A stretch of 58,731 nucleotides of DNA from a virus. Its lineage: Duplodnaviria > Caudoviricetes. The notes beneath the pieces were generated by a model, which was given only the letters and a program-made list of their open reading frames with translations, did not search any database and was not told the DNA's origin. Made by a program: the position numbers and the translations under genes. The stretch covers positions 1 through 58,731 of IMG/VR virus record IMGVR_UViG_3300023199_000106; one strand, 5' to 3'. Positions 1-7,380 of the stretch are shown one piece after another (position 1 is the stretch's first letter; each line of letters begins with the position of its first letter).

Positions 1-137
1 GCCCATTCTGAATTGTGAGCCACCAGCTCAGTCCATTTTCTGGGCTGAGCTTCGAGCCAATCGAGTGCTTCTGAGCAAGCGCCAAGCTCGCGTGCACAGT
101 TGATCATTTCCTGTGTGATTAGGTAGTCAGTCATCAT
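1..137 (-). CDS. 5' half of 22-aa repeat protein paralog B (continues at 58393-58731 across the contig junction)
   Basis: ATG at 137 with GGAG RBS; reads MMTDYLITQEMINCARELGACSEALDWLEAQPRKWTELVAHNSEW, near-identical to the N-termini of 167-742 and 57047-57823. Confidence 0.85.
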   Translation of the reverse strand, partial: MMTDYLITQEMINCARELGACSEALDWLEAQPRKWTELVAHNSEW

Positions 138-166
138 TCTGCTCCTTATGAGATTAAAGAATACAA

Positions 167-742
167 TCACGATTCAATTGGACAATCGGGCCGTTTAGCC
201 ATGATCCGAGCCCGTTCGTCCGAATCGAGTCCGGTCAGATCGATCGGGCAGTCGGGCCGGTTGGTCATGACTCGCGCCCGTTCGTATGAATTAAGCCCGG
301 TCAGATCGATCGGGCAGTCGGGCCGGTGGGCCATGACTCGCGCCCGGTTGAATGAATTAAGTCCGGTCAGATCGATCGGGCAGTCGGGCCGCTCAGCCAT
401 GACCCAAGCCCGTTCGTTCGAATCGAGTTCGGTCAGATCGATCGGGCAGTCGGGCCGGTAGGTTATGACTCGCGCCCGTTCGAATGAATTAAGCCCGGTC
501 AGATCGATCGGGCAGTCGGGCCGTTTAGCCATGACTCGTGCCCGTTCGTCTGAATTAAGCCCGGTCAGATCGATCGGGCAGTCGGGCAGGTGGATAATCG
601 CCCAAAGAGCCCATTCTGAATTGTGAGCCACCAGCTCAGTCCATTTTCTGGGCTGAGCTTCGAGCCAATCGAGTGCTTCTGAGCAAGCGCCAAGCTCGCG
701 TGCACAGTTGATCATTTCCTGTGTGATTAGGTAGTTAATCAT
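167..742 (-). CDS. 22-aa tandem repeat protein, paralog A (6 repeats)
   Basis: N-terminal GAC..LDW domain followed by six GLNSxERAxVMxxRPDCPIDLT units; AAGGAG RBS. Confidence 0.9.
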   Translation of the reverse strand: MINYLITQEMINCARELGACSEALDWLEAQPRKWTELVAHNSEWALWAIIHLPDCPIDLTGLNSDERARVMAKRPDCPIDLTGLNSFERARVITYRPDCPIDLTELDSNERAWVMAERPDCPIDLTGLNSFNRARVMAHRPDCPIDLTGLNSYERARVMTNRPDCPIDLTGLDSDERARIMAKRPDCPIES

Positions 743-753
743 ACTTGTGCTCC

Positions 754-1533
754 TTATGTGAGATTTTCTACGTCTGCTATGATTTGTCGGCGTACAGTAG
801 TGTTTTCTTCTTCAAGCCAGTGAATTTCTTTTACTGAGTCCAAATCGATTTCATCTGCAATCCCGTTGATTTTATAGTCACGACCATAGAAGCCCCCACA
901 GCTGTCAATTTCATCGTTGTTTTCATTATATAAGATATAATCGTAGACCTCGTTAGTGAGGTATTGGTTATAAATCTCAACTTCACATTTCAAATAATAT
1001 GACACAAACTGTTCAAAAGATTGGAACTCACAGTCAACGCACTGGCCGTTATCCCAGCATTGTCGGACTAGAGGGAAGTCTTCAGGTTTGATGTCATACG
1101 TTTCTGCAGCGCGGGCTTTCGACACATAAATAAATCCAACGCGCCCTGAATCCCAATGACAGGCAAACGGGATGCAGCGCATCGTAATACCAGAGTGGTC
1201 ATACAAATACAGTTCGTTGATGACAAACAGCTCATCAAGTTTTTCAACAATGCGGTTGTAATAAGCTGCTCGCCAATTTTCGAGAGCATCAACGCTGTTA
1301 TGTTTTGCAAAAAATTCTTCAGCCTCACGTTCAAGATTTTCAAGAAAACCTTCGTGACCTTTGTTAATGAGCATTCTTTCGTAAAACTCTTCGATTGAAC
1401 CAGGTGTTCTAATGTCACCCAGAGAATAGTCAGAATGCCAACAAACCATCGTACCGATGTTGTCAGAGCATTTGCGAGGGTCTGGCGGGTTTAAATCCCG
1501 TTGTATTTTGAGAATGTGTGTGCGCTCTGTCAT
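754..1533 (-). CDS. hypothetical phage protein with LYLYDHSG...WDSG..GFIY motif
   Basis: 259-aa ORF, GGGGAG RBS; motif recalled from phage/ICE hypothetical proteins, function unknown. Confidence 0.8.
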   Translation of the reverse strand: MTERTHILKIQRDLNPPDPRKCSDNIGTMVCWHSDYSLGDIRTPGSIEEFYERMLINKGHEGFLENLEREAEEFFAKHNSVDALENWRAAYYNRIVEKLDELFVINELYLYDHSGITMRCIPFACHWDSGRVGFIYVSKARAAETYDIKPEDFPLVRQCWDNGQCVDCEFQSFEQFVSYYLKCEVEIYNQYLTNEVYDYILYNENNDEIDSCGGFYGRDYKINGIADEIDLDSVKEIHWLEEENTTVRRQIIADVENLT

Positions 1534-1625
1534 AATGTGTTCTCCCCCACGCCGTGAGGTACTTTGATAACTGCAAATAGTTTGTGCTCCTGAAGCAGTT
1601 TGGTTTTAAGGGATATGCTGATCAT
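1530..1625 (-). CDS. small hypothetical protein (31 aa)
   Basis: AAGGAG RBS, ATG at 1625, stop overlaps next start (ATGA). Confidence 0.4.
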   Translation of the reverse strand: MISISLKTKLLQEHKLFAVIKVPHGVGENTL

Positions 1626-1650
1626 GTGTTTTTGCTCCTTCGGGGTTCAT

Positions 1651-1684
1651 AAAAAATGCCCTCCCAGCCGAAGCTGGGAGGGCA
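1651..1684 (-). terminator. intrinsic terminator
   Basis: 12-bp stem TGCCCTCCCAGC, C(UUCG)G loop and T6 on - strand, just after the stop at 1691. Confidence 0.9.
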
Positions 1685-1690
1685 AGAAGA

Positions 1691-2434
1691 TCAGAAGTCG
1701 GTTTTGTCTTCGGCATCTTCGATTTCTTGATCCGGTTGTTTTGCACCACGAGACCAGAACAAGTCACGCGTTGTCCGTTGAACGGCCTTCCGATTTTGGC
1801 TGGCCTGCTGGTTCATCAATCGCCAGCCGGCTAGGCCGAGCGCATCCTGGCATCCTTTCATTAGATTAACGTCAGCGCCCTGCTCTTCGCACCAGTCAAG
1901 CAACTGCGCTATTTTAAGCGCCTGCTGGCGAGATGATTCGAAGTTAATCAAGCTGTTTTCGGCTCCGGCTTCGTTGCCGTTGTCACTATGCCGTTCAATC
2001 ATCTCTGCGTGGATACGCACCCAGTTCATGGCCGAGGCAAACTCGGCCTGGTAAGCCCGTACGAGCTGGTAGGCCATACCAGAAGCCAGGAAATCATTTC
2101 CTAGTGCCAGCTGCTTTTGAAGCGCATTGAGTGCTCTATTCATTTTTACATCGGGTGGGAGTTCCTCATCCCGTTGTTCGCGGTCTGCAAACACATCGTT
2201 GGCCAGCTCGAACAGCTTGTTGATGTTGTCCTGGGTCGGCACAATCGTCGGTTTGCCAGCTGCCGTCTTGGACCAACGGAATCCGTCGGGCAGGCCGGGG
2301 GACCGGTTTTGGAGGTCTTCGGCAGGCATAGTGGCTTCCCGGTCATCTCGTTGTTCTTTGGTGCGATCGTAATGGCTGCCAATCTCATCGAAAGGAGCGG
2401 TGCCGACAGAAGGAGGATTAAATACTACGTTCAT
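1691..2434 (-). CDS. hypothetical early protein (247 aa)
   Basis: start moved to MNVVF at 2434 (GGAGA RBS); followed by terminator. Confidence 0.8.
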   Translation of the reverse strand: MNVVFNPPSVGTAPFDEIGSHYDRTKEQRDDREATMPAEDLQNRSPGLPDGFRWSKTAAGKPTIVPTQDNINKLFELANDVFADREQRDEELPPDVKMNRALNALQKQLALGNDFLASGMAYQLVRAYQAEFASAMNWVRIHAEMIERHSDNGNEAGAENSLINFESSRQQALKIAQLLDWCEEQGADVNLMKGCQDALGLAGWRLMNQQASQNRKAVQRTTRDLFWSRGAKQPDQEIEDAEDKTDF

Positions 2435-2482
2435 AGTGTTCTCCGTTTTATTTGGATGATACGTGTCAAGATTGACACAAAA

Positions 2483-2524
2483 ACCCGCATGAATCCGACG
2501 CGGGCGGAAAAACCGCCCGCGTCG
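2483..2524 (-). promoter_or_regulatory. 42-nt hairpin + ATTCATGCGGGT element, copy 1
   Basis: - strand CGACGCGGGC-GGTTTTTCC-GCCCGCGTCG-G-ATTCATGCGGGT, 49 nt upstream of ATG 2434. Confidence 0.8.
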
Positions 2525-2612
2525 CGATGTCACACACAGGCGGTTGAATGCGACGACCCAATGACGTGGGTCGAGTGGTTCGAACAAGCCCAGCTTGATG
2601 CTGGGCTCATTC

Positions 2613-3011
2613 TCACTGCCCGCTTTCCATCGGGCGCTCGCCCGCGACGAACCCGGCGTGGCGGAACACGGACCGCTTGGTCACGGTTCCGTCGTCCGCG
2701 ACTTCTTCGACGCTCTCGCGCCGAGAAAACGCATAGAGCGGGATCAAATCGAATCTACGCAGCGCGCGTTCGAGGGGTGCCATCAAGAACGGTGCCCCGC
2801 CGATCATGACGAGGGGGTCCCCGTCCGCGACCTCGTCAACATCGGCGCTGGCGAGTTCCGCTAGCGCGGACGCTGCGGCGGCGATTTCCTCCCCACTGGG
2901 GAGGGAATTGAAAGTTAGGAGGCGGCGCACCGCCTCCTTGTCGCGGGGTTCGACAACCCCGGCGTCGGCTTGCTCAGCCGTCGCTGGGTGCTGGGTGAGG
3001 TTCAAAATCAT
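2613..3011 (-). CDS. Csx20/Csx15-like protein, candidate cyclic oligoadenylate ring nuclease
   Basis: start MILNLTQH at 3011 (AGGAG RBS); N-terminal H..T.EQ, central MIGG, C-terminal YAFSRRESVE...DG.V.K.SVFRH..F match my recollection of Csx20. Confidence 0.55.
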   Translation of the reverse strand: MILNLTQHPATAEQADAGVVEPRDKEAVRRLLTFNSLPSGEEIAAAASALAELASADVDEVADGDPLVMIGGAPFLMAPLERALRRFDLIPLYAFSRRESVEEVADDGTVTKRSVFRHAGFVAGERPMESGQ

Positions 3012-3021
3012 ATTTGATCTC

Positions 3022-3369
3022 CTAATAAAATTTGTGGCGGTCTTCGCCACCGTATGGGTTCGGCGACCAGCCGTCGCCATCCGGTTCTGGCGTGGCCGGC
3101 GGCGGGTTTCGCCGCTGCTCTTCGAGCGCCGCTAAGCGCTCGGCCTCCACCCGGTCGACGAGCTCCGGGCAGATTTTGCGCGCTGAGGCTGAGCCGCCGA
3201 GGCAGCAGATCAGGTCCTGCCCGCCCTCCGTGACCAATACGGAGAGTGGGTCCTCAGCGGCCAGCGCGCGCTGACACACGCCAGCCACCGCTTCGATTTG
3301 CTCGTCCGGGTACCGGACGAGCTCACGTTGGATCGCCGCCGCAACGGCGATCACCGAGGGGGCGCTCAC
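3022..3369 (-). CDS. hypothetical protein
   Basis: 115-aa ORF coupled to the upstream ORF in a GC-rich block. Confidence 0.65.
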   Translation of the reverse strand: MSAPSVIAVAAAIQRELVRYPDEQIEAVAGVCQRALAAEDPLSVLVTEGGQDLICCLGGSASARKICPELVDRVEAERLAALEEQRRNPPPATPEPDGDGWSPNPYGGEDRHKFY

Positions 3370-3557
3370 GAGGAGCGCCCCTTGCGCGCCAGCCGGTTGG
3401 CCCGGCGGCGGTTGGTGCGGGCTACGCCGTAGCCCGCGGGATCCGTCAGGCCGGCGTGTGCCAGCTTGGCGGGGTGGTCGGCCGGGAGGGCGTTGTACGC
3501 CTTCCGGGCCGTTTGTGTGTCGCGGCTGTTGACCGCGACTTCGGGTCTTGTTTTCAT
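3366..3557 (-). CDS. small basic hypothetical protein
   Basis: GGAGG RBS; overlaps both neighbours by 4 nt. Confidence 0.7.
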   Translation of the reverse strand: MKTRPEVAVNSRDTQTARKAYNALPADHPAKLAHAGLTDPAGYGVARTNRRRANRLARKGRSS

Positions 3558-3892
3558 AAATGCCTCCAGGTTGGTTGTCGTCTGTTGTTAAAAATGCCGG
3601 GTACGAGAACCCACATGATTTTAACCCTGTTGCCTTTCGATCTGTAGATCATTCCTTTCTCATAACCTGAGACGAACTTTGTGATAATTAGCAGCGCTGA
3701 AAATATCAGCCCGCCGACAACTGCTGCTGCCATGCCGGCAAATGTGCCGGAAAATGCAAGCATCATGCTGACAGTGGCAGCGATGTCGACAAGCAGATCA
3801 AAGCCAAGCAGCCTGCGTCGAACAAGCGTTGGCAGCTTTAAAATAAATATGAAAAAAGCAACAGCTGTTAAACCGCCCATGATAATCATCAT
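3554..3892 (-). CDS. membrane protein (about 3 hydrophobic segments)
   Basis: AAGGAG RBS; hydrophobic stretches. Confidence 0.8.
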   Translation of the reverse strand: MMIIMGGLTAVAFFIFILKLPTLVRRRLLGFDLLVDIAATVSMMLAFSGTFAGMAAAVVGGLIFSALLIITKFVSGYEKGMIYRSKGNRVKIMWVLVPGIFNNRRQPTWRHL

Positions 3893-3907
3893 GTACTCCT
3901 TGGTTTT

Positions 3908-4132
3908 TTAAATATACTCAGCAGCTTCGGCATGAAGCTCGTTAATGCGCCGATCAATGGCAATTATCAAACTGCCATTAGAAATCAAACGATTGCGCAT
4001 TTTGGTCAGTCTCTTGATTCTTTTTTGGATATTGCTAAAACGCTCAAGATCTGCGCCATAAAAACACCCGTCTTCACCATGATAATTGAAATAGTCTTCA
4101 GTGGGTGTTGCACTCATGCTTCTAGCCATCAT
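3908..4132 (-). CDS. hypothetical protein
   Basis: GGAG RBS; directly downstream of hairpin element copy 2. Confidence 0.7.
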   Translation of the reverse strand: MMARSMSATPTEDYFNYHGEDGCFYGADLERFSNIQKRIKRLTKMRNRLISNGSLIIAIDRRINELHAEAAEYI

Positions 4133-4161
4133 TCTGCTCCATGTTTAAAATAAAAGCACAA

Positions 4162-4203
4162 ACCCGCATGAATTACCGATGAACAGATTCACCGTTCATC
4201 GGT
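4162..4203 (-). promoter_or_regulatory. 42-nt hairpin + ATTCATGCGGGT element, copy 2
   Basis: - strand ACCGATGAAC-GGTGAATCT-GTTCATCGGT-A-ATTCATGCGGGT, 30 nt upstream of ATG 4132. Confidence 0.85.
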
Positions 4204-4233
4204 TAAAGCCAACTACGCCACCAACTTCGTATA

Positions 4234-5151
4234 TTACGCACCCAAGTACACTTCGAGGTCTGCAGGGGATAACCCATCCAGCTCTGAAGCCAGGAGCTCG
4301 TTGAAGCTGAGCGCATCGGGACTGGACTCACGGGCGGATATGGTGTCACGGCGTGCGTTCCAGGCGTGGAACCAGTAGGGGTCGCGTGGGTGCTCCGGGC
4401 CGCGCTGCGGCTCTCCGAGCAGGTCTGAGAACAGACGATGTGGTTCTTCAGCAGCTTTGGGCAGGAAGATTTCAAAGCCCGACGCGGCGGCAATGAGTTC
4501 AGGTGACAAGTCAGAAATGGTGTAGCCGCAGGTGTCGAGCAGGAACGTTTGAAAGCGCTGCACAGCTTGCCAGTAGCACCACGGACCGTAAGTCGAGCTG
4601 ATGCGCTGCTTGGTTCTGCGGTCGTAGTATTTAAGGCGCCAGCGCGTGAAGTGAGGCTCCCAGGTGATGTAAGGGTTCTTGGGATTGAACCAAGCGATGC
4701 AGTCGAGCGGTGCACGATTAGGCACTTGGAAGTCGGAATAGAAGTGCGGCGAGTATGTGCGATGTCGCATCTCGTTCATAAATTGTACGAATTTAAGAAA
4801 AGCATCCTGGCTTGGTAAGAAGAAGAATGGACCAGGTGCAGGCTTGCGGAATACCAGCATGTGAATGATGTCAGCAAATAACATGGGCTGCACGTACTGG
4901 TTGCGCTTGAGCAGAATATTGAATTCGATGTACCAAGGCACAGGACCAAGGGTGTAATAGAACGGGCACGTTGCGTGCTGGAGTGCGTAACCACCTCTGC
5001 GTGACTTACGGTTTGGGCCGTAGTCAACGAAGGGCCAGCCGTGCTTGGTACAGTGTAGCTGACCAGTCCAGGGGTTGTAGGTGAGGCGATTACGGAGAGT
5101 TGCATAGGATGCAATGGATACAGTGCGTTGCGATGCGTATGGCTTAGTCAT
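4234..5151 (-). CDS. possible degenerate HNH-AP2-type DNA-binding protein
   Basis: LTYNPWTG resembles the N-terminus of phage HNH endonucleases; YITWEPHFTRWRLKY..RISSTYG resembles an AP2 domain; no intact HNH core; has its own promoter. Confidence 0.5.
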   Translation of the reverse strand: MTKPYASQRTVSIASYATLRNRLTYNPWTGQLHCTKHGWPFVDYGPNRKSRRGGYALQHATCPFYYTLGPVPWYIEFNILLKRNQYVQPMLFADIIHMLVFRKPAPGPFFFLPSQDAFLKFVQFMNEMRHRTYSPHFYSDFQVPNRAPLDCIAWFNPKNPYITWEPHFTRWRLKYYDRRTKQRISSTYGPWCYWQAVQRFQTFLLDTCGYTISDLSPELIAAASGFEIFLPKAAEEPHRLFSDLLGEPQRGPEHPRDPYWFHAWNARRDTISARESSPDALSFNELLASELDGLSPADLEVYLGA

Positions 5152-5208
5152 GGCGGTTTTGGGGGCTAGGGGTTATTTAAGAATGTAGCAACTATAAGGG
5201 CTGAGGGT

Positions 5209-5237
5209 AGTATATCAGTGCAACTCAATGGAAGCAA
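5209..5237 (-). promoter_or_regulatory. sigma70-like promoter
   Basis: TTGCTT-17 nt-TATACT upstream of ATG 5151. Confidence 0.65.
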
Positions 5238-5240
5238 GAG

Positions 5241-5518
5241 AAGTGTGTTAACTTCTGAGACATTTATTTTTCTAAGGATTTCAATTAGTTATATTGTTTT
5301 ATACCCCTAAAAAACCAGTTAACTCAGAAAAACGCCAAATTGGGCTGCGAAAAAAGTTAAAAATTAAATCGTGTTTTCTGCCGCTGGCATTTTCGTGTTT
5401 TTCTGAGTTAAGCCCCTTTTTTGCTGTTTTATCCGTGTAACCTATTGATTTTACTGACAACAAAATGTCTCAGAAGTTAACACACTTGGTTTTCACTGTA
5501 AAATCAATAAGTTACACG
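5241..5518. repeat. AT-rich region with nested and interleaved inverted repeats
   Basis: perfect 25-bp IR 5241-5265/5463-5487; perfect 15-bp IR 5319-5333/5397-5411; 21-bp IR with 1 mismatch 5434-5454/5498-5518. Confidence 0.9.
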
Positions 5519-5544
5519 AAGTATACAAATATACAGTATTTTTT

Positions 5545-5816
5545 GCGTAACGTTTCAGTTGCAGAGCGTTGCGTAACGTTTCAGTTGCAGAGCGTTGCGT
5601 AACGTTTCAGTTGCAGAGCGTTGCGTAACGTTTCAGTTGCAGAGCGTTGCGTAACGTTTCAGTTGCAGAGCGTTGCGTAACGTTTCAGTTGCAGAGCGTT
5701 GCGTAACGTTTCAGTTGCAGAGCGTTGCGTAACGTTTCAGTTGCAGAGCGTTGCGTAACGTTTCAGTTGCAGAGCGTTGCGTAACGTTTCAGTTGCATAT
5801 TTTGCTGCAACTGAAA
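5545..5816. repeat. 26-bp tandem repeat array (iteron-like)
   Basis: GCGTAACGTTTCAGTTGCAGAGCGTT x9 identical plus a 19-nt partial copy (to 5797), then an inverted TGCAACTGAAA at 5806-5816; no spacers. Confidence 0.95.
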
Positions 5817-5880
5817 AACACCGCTCCCCTCGAGCCCCACGCCGTGGTGCCTGGTTGCCCTCGGGCCTTCGGCTGGCAAT

Positions 5881-5911
5881 AAAAAAGCCCCAGTGCACGA
5901 GTCACTGGGGC
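5881..5911 (-). terminator. intrinsic terminator
   Basis: GCCCCAGTG/CACTGGGGC stem plus T6 on - strand after the stop at 5919. Confidence 0.8.
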
Positions 5912-5918
5912 TGTTGCT

Positions 5919-6116
5919 CTACCGGGACTTGAGCTTTCGCTCATAGTCCCGGATCTCTTCGAGCAGCTGTGGGTCGCACAGCCGCTCAGCCGGGCGTTGC
6001 TTGGTGGCCCACCAGGCACCGACGCAGGCGGCTCCTACGAGGAGGCCCAATAGGGGGAAGATCGCCCCAGCCGCGAAGGCTAGGGCGATATAGAGGATGA
6101 CCCGGCTACCGCCCAT
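5919..6116 (-). CDS. small membrane protein
   Basis: two hydrophobic segments; followed by terminator. Confidence 0.6.
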   Translation of the reverse strand: MGGSRVILYIALAFAAGAIFPLLGLLVGAACVGAWWATKQRPAERLCDPQLLEEIRDYERKLKSR

Positions 6117-6346
6117 GGCGGCACCGGGTCCAGATGTGCCAGGCCGCCCAAAGGGCGGCTGGCACGAGGCCTGGCCATACTACATTAATGGCCATTAATG
6201 TTCTCCTTGTGAAGGAGAATTCACAGTGTGTAAAGAGCCACCATAAAGGTGGCGGCAAATCCGCTCCGCGGCGGCAGCGTGCCACGCGCGGATATAATGT
6301 ACGACCAGGGCACCCTGGTCGTCTAGGAACAAGACGGAGAACTCGC

Positions 6347-6712
6347 TCATAGCGAGTTCTCCGGGGCGTTAAATACTGGGTAGACGTCTACCCAGATATG
6401 CCCATTTCGATCCTTTCGTTGCTTGCCGCGTGGGGCAAGCGTGGTCCCTAGCGCCTTCGCTAGAAGGCGAACGGTTATTTCCCCGCTATATTCGGGGTTT
6501 ATTTTGCAGTTCAGTACGTCACCGTACTGATTTGTCCTGCGGTTGACACGAGCGATAACGCTTTCATCGAACTGCTGTTCGATGTGCTCGTCGACCTGGG
6601 CGATGGCTTTGTCGGCCATGAGTTCTTTGATCGAGGCCCTGAGGGCCTCGATCGTTTCATCGCGCTCGACGAGGGCTGCGATCAGATCGGCCTTGGTTTG
6701 GCGGATCGCCAT
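6347..6712 (-). CDS. hypothetical early protein (N-terminal coiled coil)
   Basis: AAAGGAG RBS; first gene of the leftward early arm. Confidence 0.8.
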   Translation of the reverse strand: MAIRQTKADLIAALVERDETIEALRASIKELMADKAIAQVDEHIEQQFDESVIARVNRRTNQYGDVLNCKINPEYSGEITVRLLAKALGTTLAPRGKQRKDRNGHIWVDVYPVFNAPENSL

Positions 6713-6767
6713 GGGACTTCTCCTTTATTGAATGTGCCAAGCCGGGCCAATCCCGACTTGATCGAAG

Positions 6768-6809
6768 ACCCGCATGAATTATGAGCGCACAGTTTCACCG
6801 TGCGCTCAT
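6768..6809 (-). promoter_or_regulatory. 42-nt hairpin + ATTCATGCGGGT element, copy 3
   Basis: - strand ATGAGCGCAC-GGTGAAACT-GTGCGCTCAT-A-ATTCATGCGGGT, 56 nt upstream of ATG 6712. Confidence 0.85.
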
Positions 6810-7013
6810 TTTTTTTGTGTCTCGGAGAAAAGAAGGTTCATTATGCTGCTAGGGACTCAAGTGTCTGGGGCGTTTGGGCCTGAAATTTGTAGGGTGGGGG
6901 GTCTTTGGCTTTGTAGGGTAGGAGCAACGCACACCTCGTCACTTTAATTTCCCAAGTAATTCCCTCGCACCTATCGCGCTGGACTGCGCTGCTCTTAAAA
7001 CCCTTTTTGCGAC

Positions 7014-7042
7014 TTGACATAAGGCGCCTAATAGAACACAAT
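7014..7042 (+). promoter_or_regulatory. sigma70-like promoter of the rightward arm
   Basis: TTGACA-17 nt-CACAAT upstream of 7063. Confidence 0.55.
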
Positions 7043-7062
7043 ACTTACAGTCCTTTTCGGGA

Positions 7063-7380
7063 ATGCAGGCTATGATCGTGTTCTTTACAAATAATACCGC
7101 TGCTGGCAATTCAGCCGCTTACCCTGTCGTAGCTCAACGAGGAGCGCTTTTGGCCCTTAACATCGAAGGGTTGGGTGCCGCGACTTGTCAGCTCCAGCGA
7201 AAAACCCCTAATGGCACATTTATCCCAGTGATTTTCGGTACTTTGGCAGACATCACGCTGGATGGTCATTACATCATCGATGGGCTGTCCGGTACCTACC
7301 GAATAGCCCAAACCGGCACAGCTGATGGGCTCTACGCCTCCCTCGAAACTGAGAATGCTGCCTTGGCTTCGGCTCAATGA
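7063..7380 (+). CDS. hypothetical, probable virion protein
   Basis: 105-aa beta-rich ORF coupled (ATGA) to 7377. Confidence 0.7.
   Translation: MQAMIVFFTNNTAAGNSAAYPVVAQRGALLALNIEGLGAATCQLQRKTPNGTFIPVIFGTLADITLDGHYIIDGLSGTYRIAQTGTADGLYASLETENAALASAQ

Noticed and set aside
5545-5797. CRISPR array
   Set aside because: The 26-bp units are contiguous with no spacers and there is no cas operon
6781-6817. Hairpin plus T-run as a plain + strand terminator
   Set aside because: It may work that way, but the two sister elements lack the T-run and share the 12-mer, so termination alone does not explain it
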